Shown: piece by piece, positions 27,286-35,781 of the stretch
Position numbering within the stretch: the stretch's first letter is position 1
How the letters are laid out: every line of letters begins with the position of its first letter
IMG/VR virus record: IMGVR_UViG_2912445111_000002
Coordinates: 1,296-65,295 of that record
Direction: 5' to 3' (one strand)
Length of the DNA: 64,000 bases
Source: a virus
Made by a program: the position numbers and the translations under genes
Notes under the pieces: model-generated
What the model saw: the letters and a program-made list of their open reading frames with translations, nothing else
What the model was told of the DNA's origin: nothing
Database searches by the model: none

Positions 27286-27762
27286 GTGATGGCAGCAAGC
27301 AAGAAGCGTAAGGCATATCGACCAAAGCCGGTCAGGCTACATTCATGCCTCTCGACGATTGAGCGCAACCGCATCATGAAGCAGGCCGTCACCGAAGACT
27401 TTTCCGACGAGTTCGAAATGGCCGCCCTCACCGCTCTGGATGCTGTCACGCGCGGGCATGGCACAAAGGATCAATGGGACGTGATCGCCAATTGCTTGAA
27501 TCATGGCTGGTTGCTGGCGCGCGCTGGTCTGGGCTCAGAAGCACGTGATCTGTTCGATGACGCACACGAAGCGATGCGTCGCATGGTGCCAGCGTATCAC
27601 GAGACAGGAAAACTCGTGTTCGTGTCGGCCGTCGATCAATCCACCGTCGAACACGCTATTTCCACCTGGATCGATCAACTGAAGATCATCACGATTGGCG
27701 AGATGAATGCTGCGCTGGCCGTGGTGGAGCGTGAGTATTGGAAGCATCGGGAGGCTGCGTAA
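27286..27762 (+). CDS. Hypothetical protein
   Basis: GGAGG RBS. Confidence 0.75.
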   Translation: MMAASKKRKAYRPKPVRLHSCLSTIERNRIMKQAVTEDFSDEFEMAALTALDAVTRGHGTKDQWDVIANCLNHGWLLARAGLGSEARDLFDDAHEAMRRMVPAYHETGKLVFVSAVDQSTVEHAISTWIDQLKIITIGEMNAALAVVEREYWKHREAA

Positions 27763-28130
27763 TGCCAACTATACCGACTACGCGCGAAGCGATTCGGCAT
27801 GCTATTCAAGAATTTGGCCCAATGACGGTGCAAGAATTGGCCGAGGAACTCGGAAAACTTCCGAGGACCATCGGATCATGTATTAGTTCTTCGCGCACCG
27901 GGAAGAAGAAATACTTCTACATTAAAGAATGGCGCCCTCAAGTTGGGATTGCTGGTCTTGCTGCTGGAGTATATGCGGTAGGTAATCGGAGAGATGCGGA
28001 ACCATATATCCCTAATAGAAAGGCGACGAGTTCTAGATATTACCAGAATAACAAGGGATTGATTAAAGCGAGGCGCACTACTCGGCCTGCTGGTCCATTC
28101 ACATCGCTTATAAATCAGGTAACAAAATGA
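27762..28130 (+). CDS. Winged-HTH protein
   Basis: GPMTVQELAEELG. Confidence 0.65.
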   Translation: MPTIPTTREAIRHAIQEFGPMTVQELAEELGKLPRTIGSCISSSRTGKKKYFYIKEWRPQVGIAGLAAGVYAVGNRRDAEPYIPNRKATSSRYYQNNKGLIKARRTTRPAGPFTSLINQVTK

Positions 28131-28459
28131 GTCTCGCAGAGAAAATTTATCACTATATCGCCGAGCATGGCAGCGCAACGCGCCCCGAACTTCGGGATAA
28201 TTTAGGAATGCATGAGACAGCCGTCGTGACAACCATGCGAAAATTAATTATCAAAGGATTTGTCTCGCGTACTGGCCACATGCGTTCGTATGGAGAAGGG
28301 CGTGCCGCGCCAGTCTTTATAGTTGGCCGCGTGGCATTTACTCAAGAAGCATTTACGAATGGGCCTATCCCGCGCGGTCGTCCGAGGAAGATCGCTCACC
28401 AATTTGCATCACTGGAATCTGCAATTCGTTTGATGTTTGAGGTTGGGGAGGCGGCGTGA
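28127..28459 (+). CDS. Winged-HTH protein
   Basis: IYHYIAEHGSATRPELRDNLG...LIIKGFV. Confidence 0.65.
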   Translation: MSLAEKIYHYIAEHGSATRPELRDNLGMHETAVVTTMRKLIIKGFVSRTGHMRSYGEGRAAPVFIVGRVAFTQEAFTNGPIPRGRPRKIAHQFASLESAIRLMFEVGEAA

Positions 28460-28767
28460 AAGTATATCTGTCGGGTCCAATTTCTGGTATCGAGAAAGGC
28501 AACAAACCGCTATTCGATGCGGAAACGGTACGCCTTCGTGCTCTTGGTTACGAAGTTATAAACCCATGGGAATTAAACCCGGAGGAAGGCGCCGATTGGA
28601 TGGAATGCATGCTGGTCGATCTGCCGGCCGTGAAGTCGTGCCATGCGATCGCCCTGCTGCCTGGTTGGATCTTCTCAAACGGCGCGCAGATGGAGTACAT
28701 CACGGCGCGGAAGTATGGACTTGTCGTGCTGCATGCGGCGGATATCGTTGAGGAGGTGGCAGCGTGA
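28456..28767 (+). CDS. DUF4406 (nucleoside deoxyribosyltransferase-like fold) protein
   Basis: KVYLSGPISG...NP...LLPGW..SNGAQME. Confidence 0.85.
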   Translation: MKVYLSGPISGIEKGNKPLFDAETVRLRALGYEVINPWELNPEEGADWMECMLVDLPAVKSCHAIALLPGWIFSNGAQMEYITARKYGLVVLHAADIVEEVAA

Positions 28768-29246
28768 GCGCCGAAAATCCGAAGGACACCATCGGCAGCC
28801 GCAAAGCCCCAATGAGCACCGTCCCTTCCGGGGTCATTGCCGAAGTTGGCGTCGCGATGCTGGAAGGTGCGAGCAAGTACGGCCGGCACAATTTCAGAGC
28901 GAGCAAGATCCGCAGCTCGGTCTACTACGACGCAACGCTCCGCCATGTGTTTGATTTCTGGGAAGGCAGCGATATCGATCCGGACTCCGGCCTTTGCCAT
29001 CTGACCAAGGCCATCGCTTCACTCGTCGTATGGCGCGACGCGATGATGCAAGGGATGTTGATCGATGATCGGCCGCCCTGCTCTGCTGCGTTCTATCCGG
29101 AGTTGAATGCGCTCGCGTCGAAGATCCTAGATCGCAACGCCGATCGAAATCCGCGCCATTACATGCTTGCCGATGGTCTCGCAGAGCATGGTCGGCGCGA
29201 AGACGACGCACGCCTGATTGCAGACAGCAACGCAGGAGCCGCATAG
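28764..29246 (+). CDS. dATP/dGTP diphosphohydrolase-domain (DUF5664-like) protein
   Basis: GASKYGRHN...DATLRH...DIDPDSGLCHL. Confidence 0.8.
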   Translation: MSAENPKDTIGSRKAPMSTVPSGVIAEVGVAMLEGASKYGRHNFRASKIRSSVYYDATLRHVFDFWEGSDIDPDSGLCHLTKAIASLVVWRDAMMQGMLIDDRPPCSAAFYPELNALASKILDRNADRNPRHYMLADGLAEHGRREDDARLIADSNAGAA

Positions 29247-29248
29247 CA

Positions 29249-29470
29249 ATGCAATCCCGTCGAGTCTCGATGATCGAAGCAGGCACGAGCGCGATAGCTG
29301 GCTGCGTTCTGAGCATGATCACGAATTATATCGTTCTGCCCCGCTACGGCATGAGGGTGAGCCTGATCGATAACGTGAGCTTAACGGGGATTTTTACGGT
29401 GGTGTCGTTTGCGAAGAGCTATGCCGTGAGGCGCGCATTTAGCAATCTGAAAGGACGTAATAAATCATGA
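29249..29470 (+). CDS. Small two-helix membrane protein (MQSRRVSMIEA family)
   Basis: Hydrophobic segments; SYAVRRAF. Confidence 0.7.
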   Translation: MQSRRVSMIEAGTSAIAGCVLSMITNYIVLPRYGMRVSLIDNVSLTGIFTVVSFAKSYAVRRAFSNLKGRNKS

Positions 29471-29835
29471 TGGATAAAAAAAGCCCAGATTACTTGAACT
29501 GGCTGCGCTCTATCGGGCCAGGGCAAAAGATCGCCATTGAAAGGCATCACTTCGGTCGCGACCGCCAGTATGACGTTCTTGAAGTATCGCGCATCACGCC
29601 GTCGATGATCGTGTGCAACATCAACGAGCATTATGACCGGCGCTTTGACAGAAAGACGGGCAAAGAGAAAGGCGTCGAGCATCGCTGGTACGAAATTCAA
29701 CCCGTCACCAATGGAATCATCGCGAGTCTTGAACTCCGTAATTTGCGAGCCTGGATCGGCGGCATTAAACCAGATTCGTTAGGACTTGACGCGCTCCGCG
29801 CAATCAAGGCAATCGTCGACAAGGAGCAAGCATGA
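29467..29835 (+). CDS. Hypothetical protein
   Basis: Coupled ORF. Confidence 0.7.
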   Translation: MMDKKSPDYLNWLRSIGPGQKIAIERHHFGRDRQYDVLEVSRITPSMIVCNINEHYDRRFDRKTGKEKGVEHRWYEIQPVTNGIIASLELRNLRAWIGGIKPDSLGLDALRAIKAIVDKEQA

Positions 29836-30008
29836 ATACCGCCGACTACGTAGTCGCCGTCAGCAATCTCACGCATCAGATCAACGAATCGAGTGCGAAA
29901 GGTTTCGCGAACAATCCGAGCGCCGTAGCGTTGGTCAGCGAGCTTGCAACGCTCGTCGAGAAGCTCGAAGAACTCGCGCTGGCTGAGTGTGTGGGACGCA
30001 AGATATGA
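29832..30008 (+). CDS. Small hypothetical protein (58 aa)
   Basis: Hand-translated; ATGA overlaps on both sides; AAGGAG RBS. Confidence 0.65.
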   Translation: MNTADYVVAVSNLTHQINESSAKGFANNPSAVALVSELATLVEKLEELALAECVGRKI

Positions 30009-30421
30009 GCGAACGCCAGATATTCCGCCTCGTGCACCCAACCGCGCGCCAGCTCGCCTCGAAGGCCTGCATCAACGCGCCTGATGGCTACGTAGCCGAG
30101 ATCAAGCCTCGCACGCGCTCGCTAGATCAGAACGCGAAGATGTGGGCGATGCTGGCCGATATATCGAGACAGGTCGACTGGTACGGTCAGAAATTGACTT
30201 CGGAGGAATGGAAGGATGTTCTGACGGCGGCTCTGAAGAAGCAGAAGGTCGTGCCGGGACTCGACGGAGGATTCGTTGTCATCGGCGCACGCACGCGAAA
30301 CATGACCATCAAGGAAATGAGCGAACTGGTCGAGCTGATGTACGCCTTCGGTGCGGAGCGAGACGTGAGGTGGTCAGACCCAGCCGACCAAGGCTACCAA
30401 CAAATGGCGGAGGCAATGTGA
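30005..30421 (+). CDS. ninB: NinB/Orf recombination mediator
   Basis: RSLDQNAKMWAMLADISRQVDWYG...VVPGLDGGFV...ELVELMYAFGAE. Confidence 0.9.
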   Translation: MSERQIFRLVHPTARQLASKACINAPDGYVAEIKPRTRSLDQNAKMWAMLADISRQVDWYGQKLTSEEWKDVLTAALKKQKVVPGLDGGFVVIGARTRNMTIKEMSELVELMYAFGAERDVRWSDPADQGYQQMAEAM

Positions 30422-30564
30422 AAGACGGCATCGCAATACTCTCTTTCATCAGCATCGGATTGCTCTATCCAACCTGGCTTCAACACAAGGTGCGCGGATG
30501 GACATTCCTCGCGATCTGGGCCGCGCCGATGCTGGCGTTTTATTTGGGATATCTCGCGAAATGA
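30418..30564 (+). CDS. Small membrane protein
   Basis: GTGA overlap; hydrophobic. Confidence 0.55.
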   Translation: MKDGIAILSFISIGLLYPTWLQHKVRGWTFLAIWAAPMLAFYLGYLAK

Positions 30565-30692
30565 AGAAAAGCCAATTTCTGTCTCTTTGCGCGGTGATTG
30601 TGGCAGCTCCTCATGTAAGTCCAGAGGCAATGGAGTGGATTTGCCCCATCACATTGCTAGTTTCGTGGGCTTATGCATGGAGAGATGAATGA
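30561..30692 (+). CDS. Small membrane protein
   Basis: ATGA overlaps; hydrophobic. Confidence 0.55.
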   Translation: MKKSQFLSLCAVIVAAPHVSPEAMEWICPITLLVSWAYAWRDE

Positions 30693-31117
30693 AGCGCTCT
30701 TCGCTGACCCGCAAGACTCCGCTCAAGCGCGGTACTTGGTCGCGGAAGTCCGCCCCACTTCCCGAGGGCGTCAAGACCGCACGCAAGGCGGCGATCAAGT
30801 CGCGGGTGAAGAAGACAAGCAAGGCCGACCGCGAGCACATGGGCATCATCGCGGGCCTCTGCTGCATCGTCTGTCGCAATCTCGGTTTCGATGGATCGCC
30901 GGCCGAAGTGCATCACGTTCGATACCTGGCTGGCGCTGGTCAGCGGTCGAGCAATCGCGACACGATCCCGTTATGCGTTGCTCATCATCGCCTCGGCGGA
31001 TGGGGCGTGGCGTTTCATGCGGGGCCGGCGGAATTCGAGCGCCGCTACGGGACTGAGGCGGAACTGTTGGCACAGACCAAACGGGAACTTGGGATTGCAA
31101 TGGAGGTAGCAGCTTGA
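30689..31117 (+). CDS. Ref-family recombination-enhancement nuclease
   Basis: CIVC...PAEVHH...GAGQRSS...IPLCVAHHR. Confidence 0.75.
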   Translation: MKRSSLTRKTPLKRGTWSRKSAPLPEGVKTARKAAIKSRVKKTSKADREHMGIIAGLCCIVCRNLGFDGSPAEVHHVRYLAGAGQRSSNRDTIPLCVAHHRLGGWGVAFHAGPAEFERRYGTEAELLAQTKRELGIAMEVAA

Positions 31118-31839
31118 AAAATGTATTCGTACAACGCTACGCAAAGAACGAGATAGGTAGGGATTGGGTTTGCGGGGACATCCACGGGTGCTTTAGCAAA
31201 CTCGAAGCCGCCCTTACCGCACTCGACTTCGACGAATCGCGCGACCGGCTATTCTCGGTGGGTGATCTTGTCGACCGCGGGCCGGAGTCCGAGCGCGTGC
31301 TCGAATGGCTCGATAAGCCGTGGTTCCATCCGGTGCAAGGCAATCATGAAGATATGGCCGTGAGGTTCGCGCATGGCACCCGCGACGCTGACCACTACCT
31401 GATGAATGGCGGGTCGTGGCTTGTCTGCAAGACGCCGCAGGAACAGATGCCGTTCGCGGATGCGCTTGTCATGCTGCCCTACGCCATCGAGGTAGAGACG
31501 GATGGCGGCATCATCGGGATCGTCCACGCCGACGTTTCTGGCGGCACGTGGAGCGGCATGATCGAAGCCTTCGGCCAGGTGACAAGCAAGAACAAACTTC
31601 GGGCTATCACGGACGATTGCCTCTGGAACCGCGATCGCATTCAGTCAGAGGATCGTTCCGGTGTGCCGGACGTCCGGGCCGTCATAGTCGGCCATACGCC
31701 CATCAAGCGCCCTGTCATGCTCGGCAACGTTTACCACATCGATACGGCGGGATGGACGCGCACGGGGCATTTCACGTTCATCGAACTCGCAACGCTGGGA
31801 ATGCATCCGGCTGCGCCTGAAAAATTGGAGTGGGCATGA
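31114..31839 (+). CDS. NinI-like Ser/Thr protein phosphatase
   Basis: GDIHG, GDLVDRG, GNHE, GHT, IDT motifs. Confidence 0.9.
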   Translation: MKNVFVQRYAKNEIGRDWVCGDIHGCFSKLEAALTALDFDESRDRLFSVGDLVDRGPESERVLEWLDKPWFHPVQGNHEDMAVRFAHGTRDADHYLMNGGSWLVCKTPQEQMPFADALVMLPYAIEVETDGGIIGIVHADVSGGTWSGMIEAFGQVTSKNKLRAITDDCLWNRDRIQSEDRSGVPDVRAVIVGHTPIKRPVMLGNVYHIDTAGWTRTGHFTFIELATLGMHPAAPEKLEWA

Positions 31840-31994
31840 CCACCACCATCGAATTTCGCTGCTGGAACAGCAGGCGGAAGTATGTGTTCTGCTTCACCGA
31901 GGAAGGTGAGCTGAAGATGTTCAAAACGAAGTCGGCCGCGCAGACATGGGCTGATCGTCAGGGGTTTAAGGCTGTGTTTGTGGAGGGGGAATGA
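31836..31994 (+). CDS. Small hypothetical protein (52 aa)
   Basis: Hand-translated; ATGA overlaps. Confidence 0.6.
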   Translation: MTTTIEFRCWNSRRKYVFCFTEEGELKMFKTKSAAQTWADRQGFKAVFVEGE

Positions 31995-32182
31995 GCACTT
32001 TACTGGCAACGTATGTCCTGATTGCCGTCTCGCGCGTCAATTCAGGAACGGATGTCGCAATGCAGGAGTTTGGCGACAAGGCGGCTTGTGAGATTGCAGC
32101 AACCGCTATTCGGCAGATGAGTAGCGACGTTTCATGGGGCGGAATTACTCGCACATGGTGCGTTCCGAAGGAGTCAAAATGA
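31991..32182 (+). CDS. Hypothetical protein (QEF...ACE.A...WCVPK)
   Basis: GGAGG RBS; coupled. Confidence 0.65.
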   Translation: MSTLLATYVLIAVSRVNSGTDVAMQEFGDKAACEIAATAIRQMSSDVSWGGITRTWCVPKESK

Positions 32183-32370
32183 GCGCCCTAGCCAACACAA
32201 TGCGCCAGCTCTCGGGCCGGCTCGCCCTGCTTCGTGCGGCACTCGAATCAAGCGATGCGGCTCTTCGCGAGATAGCCGAGCAAGATCCAGTAGAGATGGC
32301 GCTTGATCCAACGTGGGCGAAGCGGATCGCATCGGCTGCTCTCGCCAAACGACAACAGGAGAAATCGTGA
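32179..32370 (+). CDS. Hypothetical protein
   Basis: AAGGAG RBS; coupled. Confidence 0.6.
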   Translation: MSALANTMRQLSGRLALLRAALESSDAALREIAEQDPVEMALDPTWAKRIASAALAKRQQEKS

Positions 32371-32762
32371 TCGATATCGAAAAGATCGAAGCACTCGCAG
32401 AAGCTGCCCCGCGCGGCGAGTGGGAAGTCTGGACGAGCAATAGTTGGCGACGCGTCTATGCGGGCGGCGTCCCTGCGATCACTCCTTGCGTCCAACGATA
32501 CGATAACCAACCAGACCTATCGTTTGGCGATGGCGTCAGGGAATGGCTCGAAGGCGTGACCCCTGATGTTGTGGCGGAACTGCTCGCAGAGGTGCGGAGG
32601 TTGCGGGAGGACGCGGAACGGTATCGGTGGGCAATTTCGCTTGAAGATAATGTCGAGACTCTCTATGCCGCAGTCATCAGTTGCGGGCCCAGCGATACTA
32701 AGAGCATCAACATAGAGATCGACGCCGCTATCTCTCTACAGAAGGAGGGAAATCATGAGTGA
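32367..32762 (+). CDS. Ead/Ea22-like protein
   Basis: IEKIEALAEAAPRGEW...PDVVAELLAEVRRLREDAERYRW. Confidence 0.65.
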   Translation: MIDIEKIEALAEAAPRGEWEVWTSNSWRRVYAGGVPAITPCVQRYDNQPDLSFGDGVREWLEGVTPDVVAELLAEVRRLREDAERYRWAISLEDNVETLYAAVISCGPSDTKSINIEIDAAISLQKEGNHE

Positions 32763-33270
32763 CCTGATGCTACTCGGTATTCTCCGGATGCCTCTGAACA
32801 TGGTCGAAGCAGACCAATGCTCGCTGATTCAATTCGTCCAATGCGCCAACGGAGCCGCCGACCGAATCGAATCTGATGCAAAGACCATCGAACAACTCCG
32901 CGAAGACCTCCAAGCCGCCAAGCTACTCGCTCATGCGAACGAGGAGATGTTTAGGGCGGAGAAGGCGGAGCATGCGCTTCTGAAGGAGACGATGCGAGAG
33001 CCGGTACTGATGCTTTGCCAATTCCCGGGAGGCGGTTCATGGACTGCTGAAGGGGTGAATGAGCGTGTAGCAGAGGAGGCATTCAGCAACTGCGCCGATA
33101 CGGTTACGATCTACTATGGCGGCCGGCGAGTATTTGATTGCCTAGCCGCGTTTCACAACCATGTCCATGCACGCGACTGCCCGAAGTGTGGGCAGAAGGA
33201 TGTTCCGGCGAATGTCTATTGCAAAGGGATGGATTGCCCGCTGAATCCGTCGTGCAAACCTAGCGACTAA
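32755..33270 (+). CDS. Hypothetical protein
   Basis: AAGGAGG RBS. Confidence 0.7.
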   Translation: MSDLMLLGILRMPLNMVEADQCSLIQFVQCANGAADRIESDAKTIEQLREDLQAAKLLAHANEEMFRAEKAEHALLKETMREPVLMLCQFPGGGSWTAEGVNERVAEEAFSNCADTVTIYYGGRRVFDCLAAFHNHVHARDCPKCGQKDVPANVYCKGMDCPLNPSCKPSD

Positions 33271-33364
33271 CATATCGCAACTCATTGTTTCGTAGTAAAA
33301 TAGGAATGCTAAGCGACAGGAGATCGCTAGTTGATCGGGGCTCACGCTATTCTGCGGGGCAATC

Positions 33365-33727
33365 ATGGCAAGTTGGGTAGATGCAGAACTGAGAAATTGG
33401 TCGCGCTGGTGCAATCTCGGCGGCACGATTTTGCCGTGGGGTATTAGCGCGATTGTCCTGTTTGACGAAAATGTCGCGCCAGAGCCGATTCATGAAGATC
33501 ACGCCAAGCGCGTACAGAAGGTCTTCGAAATCGCGCCGCTTATCGAGCGCAAGGTATTGCAGGCGGAATACCTCTCCCCTTCTCGATATTCGAGATTCAA
33601 TGGCATTCCAGCAGCAGTGGAGCGAATCAGGAAGCTGGAACCAGATCTAAACATCAAACTCAACGTAGCCATGTACGAAACAGCCCTTGCCAGCGTCAAG
33701 CGCCGGGTAGAGAGGGCATTCGAATGA
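33365..33727 (+). CDS. Q-like late antiterminator
   Basis: ELRNWSRW N-terminus; position before the late promoter. Confidence 0.6.
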   Translation: MASWVDAELRNWSRWCNLGGTILPWGISAIVLFDENVAPEPIHEDHAKRVQKVFEIAPLIERKVLQAEYLSPSRYSRFNGIPAAVERIRKLEPDLNIKLNVAMYETALASVKRRVERAFE

Positions 33728-34014
33728 AGTTCGCGAGTGAGGTAATGGCATTGCTGGCACCCTATCCTGGTCGCGAGTTTCGTATGCGGCAGATCGTCAA
33801 CTATGTTGCGCCGAGCAAGGCCGACGAGCGAGAACGCAAACGCGTGCAAATGGCCGTATATCGGGTATTGCAGGCGCTTGCGGAATCGGGGCAGGTCGTT
33901 ATTAAAGAACGGTCGACCAATGGTGCTCCGTCCACATATGCATGGAGAGTTATCGAAAACGCGAAAACCGTTACACGCACTTCTTGCGAACCGTTACGGG
34001 AACCTCTACATTAA
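33724..34014 (+). CDS. Hypothetical winged-helix-like protein
   Basis: ATGA overlap. Confidence 0.6.
   Translation: MKFASEVMALLAPYPGREFRMRQIVNYVAPSKADERERKRVQMAVYRVLQALAESGQVVIKERSTNGAPSTYAWRVIENAKTVTRTSCEPLREPLH
33966..34012 (+). promoter_or_regulatory. PR'-like late promoter TTGCGA-N17-TACATT with AACCGTTAC direct repeat
   Basis: Hexamers at 33984-33989 and 34007-34012; repeat at 33966 and 33989; terminator follows. Confidence 0.6.
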
Positions 34015-34045
34015 GGGCTGGGCAAGTTGCGCCCGCGTAAAACAC

Positions 34046-34075
34046 AAGCCTCGCAAATGCGGGGCTTTTCATTTT
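34046..34075 (+). terminator. tR'-like intrinsic terminator
   Basis: AAGCCTCGC...GCGGGGCTTTTCATTTT. Confidence 0.75.
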
Positions 34076-34083
34076 CAGCCGTC

Positions 34084-34272
34084 ATGCGCTCGTCTGCCCT
34101 TCCTTCTCGAAGCTATCGAGATCCGATGCTAATCCTCGAAGAGAAGCAAGAGACCGAGCGCCGCAAAGCCGCTAGGCGCGTCCATATGGAGCGAAGCGAT
34201 GCCGAGTGCTGGTCGCCGGCCCGCAAGCGCGCTGAAGCACTTTTTGAGGTGCCGGAATGCAAAAAGTCCTGA
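34084..34272 (+). CDS. Hypothetical protein
   Basis: ORF after tR'. Confidence 0.5.
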   Translation: MRSSALPSRSYRDPMLILEEKQETERRKAARRVHMERSDAECWSPARKRAEALFEVPECKKS

Positions 34273-34332
34273 TCGGGATCGCGATGGTCGTCGTTTTGTG
34301 CTGCTGCATGATTGCTAAAGGGATGCTGCGCC

Positions 34333-34512
34333 GTGATCGATCCAAATGAACTGGCGGAATGGGCGGCGACGTGCGCGGCAATCGCCGAGGATGCTGGGCT
34401 GCTTGAGCTTCCGCACGAGATGGACGATGCCGAGGCAGATCGCATGATGACGCTATATAGCTGGGGCATGACGCCAAATGCTGCAGCGCACGCAATGTAT
34501 GCTCGGCATTGA
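34333..34512 (+). CDS. Hypothetical protein
   Basis: Protein-like ORF; start uncertain. Confidence 0.5.
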   Translation: MIDPNELAEWAATCAAIAEDAGLLELPHEMDDAEADRMMTLYSWGMTPNAAAHAMYARH

Positions 34513-34830
34513 GCGTTCACGGTTTATGTACAGGCGGAAAAAGTGAACATGAATCAACTCATTTCGCTTTGGCTGAACGAAGCCGCTCGGGCCGCGTGGC
34601 TCTGGTCGCGCTGGCTCGATAGCGCAGCCGAGGTATTCAGCGATTCGGCGTAGTTCAGCGGATGTTGAAGCGACTGAAAAGATTGAAATGGTGGCTTGGT
34701 CGGAATAGTTCCGACATCCTCGCCACAATGAACGAAGTGCCCTGCTTTCTCGCTTAGTTCCGAGATCGCAGGAAGAAACCGGCTGGCAAAGATAGGGCCA
34801 GCGCGCGAACCCGTCACGCGCGACGATTAT

Positions 34831-34904
34831 TGCCGGATAGCCAAGCAGGTAAGGCGGCGCACTGTTAATGCGCTCATGCGCTGGTTCGAATCCAGCTCCG
34901 GCAG
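34831..34904 (+). tRNA. tRNA-Asn(GTT), CCA not encoded
   Basis: TGCCGGA/TCCGGCA acceptor; GCGCA-CTGTTAA-TGCGC; TTCGAAT T-loop. Confidence 0.9.
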
Positions 34905-34910
34905 CCTTTC

Positions 34911-34987
34911 GCTTCCGTAGCTCAATAGGTAGAGCGGCTCCTTTGTAAGGAGCGGGTTGTGGGTTCGAGTCCGTGCCGGAAGCACCA
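34911..34987 (+). tRNA. tRNA-Thr(TGT)
   Basis: GCTTCCG/CGGAAGC-A-CCA; GCTCC-TTTGTAA-GGAGC; irregular T stem. Confidence 0.85.
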
Positions 34988-34993
34988 AACATA

Positions 34994-35242
34994 CCGGGAG
35001 CAGAGACCGGGTTAAGAGGAAGCGTCGAGCCTTGAACGACGCGACATGGAACGCCGCTAGCGGGGCTCGTAAGTTTGTTCCTGTCAGCCACAGCCATGCG
35101 TCGCATGGTAGTCCCGCACGGGTGTTGCATGAACTGAGTTGTTGCATGCAGCCGCCAGCCTTGCGAAACGAGGCGCTTCGATTACCAAGCTGGATGGCGG
35201 CAGAGGAATGGGCGGCGTCCCTCTCTGTTCGCCTGCCGGCCA
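34994..35242 (+). ncRNA. Candidate ~250-nt structured RNA ending in CCA (element 1)
   Basis: Closing helix 34998-35006/35222-35230 plus several internal helices; no convincing ORF. Confidence 0.55.
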
Positions 35243-35245
35243 GAT

Positions 35246-35329
35246 GGATCGGTATTCCGCTAAGGACGCGGGGCTGCCTGTAAAGCAGTTGCTTCGGCTG
35301 GCTTGGTTCGATACCAAGGCGATCCACCA
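35246..35329 (+). tRNA. tRNA-Tyr(GTA)
   Basis: GGATCG/CGATCC-A-CCA; CTGTAAA loop; long variable arm. Confidence 0.85.
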
Positions 35330-35332
35330 TTT

Positions 35333-35414
35333 GAGCGAGTGGCGAAACGGCAGACGCAGCGGGTTTAAGCCCCGCCGCTTCGGCGTGTGGGTTCGAATCC
35401 CACCTCGCTTACCA
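35333..35414 (+). tRNA. tRNA-Leu(TAA)
   Basis: GAGCGAG/CTCGCTT-A-CCA; GCGGG-TTTAAGC-CCCGC. Confidence 0.9.
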
Positions 35415-35419
35415 AGTTT

Positions 35420-35502
35420 GGGCCCGTGGCGTAATGGAAGCCGCACCGGTCTTAGAAACCGGCGCCTCGTGCGTGTCAGTTCGAGTCTGACCGGGCCTAC
35501 CA
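35420..35502 (+). tRNA. tRNA-Leu(TAG)
   Basis: GGGCCCG/CGGGCCT-A-CCA; CCGGT-CTTAGAA-ACCGG. Confidence 0.9.
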
Positions 35503-35505
35503 AAT

Positions 35506-35584
35506 CTGAGTGTATTGTCAGTCTGGTCAGACGGCCGCGCCTGGAACGCGGAGGACGGTGGTTCGAATCCATCCACTCAGACCA
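35506..35584 (+). tRNA. tRNA-Pro(TGG)
   Basis: CTGAGTG/CACTCAG-A-CCA; CCGCG-CCTGGAA-CGCGG. Confidence 0.85.
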
Positions 35585-35591
35585 GTTTTAC

Positions 35592-35681
35592 GGAAGCGCT
35601 ACCCGATTGGTGACGGGGCCGGTCTTGAAAACCGTGTGAACCGCGAGGTCTTGGGAGTTCGACTCTACCCCGCTTCCGCCA
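35592..35681 (+). tRNA. tRNA-Ser(TGA)
   Basis: GGAAGCG/CGCTTCC-G-CCA; CTTGAAA loop; long variable arm. Confidence 0.85.
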
Positions 35682-35687
35682 TCACAT

Positions 35688-35778
35688 GGAAGATTGCCAG
35701 AGTGGCTAATGGGTCGGCTTGCTAAGCCGTAGCCGGTGCTCGCGCGCCGCGTGCGTTCGATCCGCACATCTTCCGCCA
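35688..35778 (+). tRNA. tRNA-Ser(GCT)
   Basis: GGAAGAT/ATCTTCC-G-CCA; TTGCTAA loop; long variable arm. Confidence 0.9.
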
Positions 35779-35781
35779 GTG

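Noticed and set aside
28764..29246. Z-base or 7-deazaguanine DNA modification pathway
   Set aside because: Only the diphosphohydrolase-like gene is present; no PurZ, Que/Dpd or polymerase genes in the window
35016..35034. GAGGAAGCGTCGAGC resembles the RNase P RNA GAGGAAAGUCC motif
   Set aside because: Match is partial, the 3' conserved region is absent and the bases are used in a local helix
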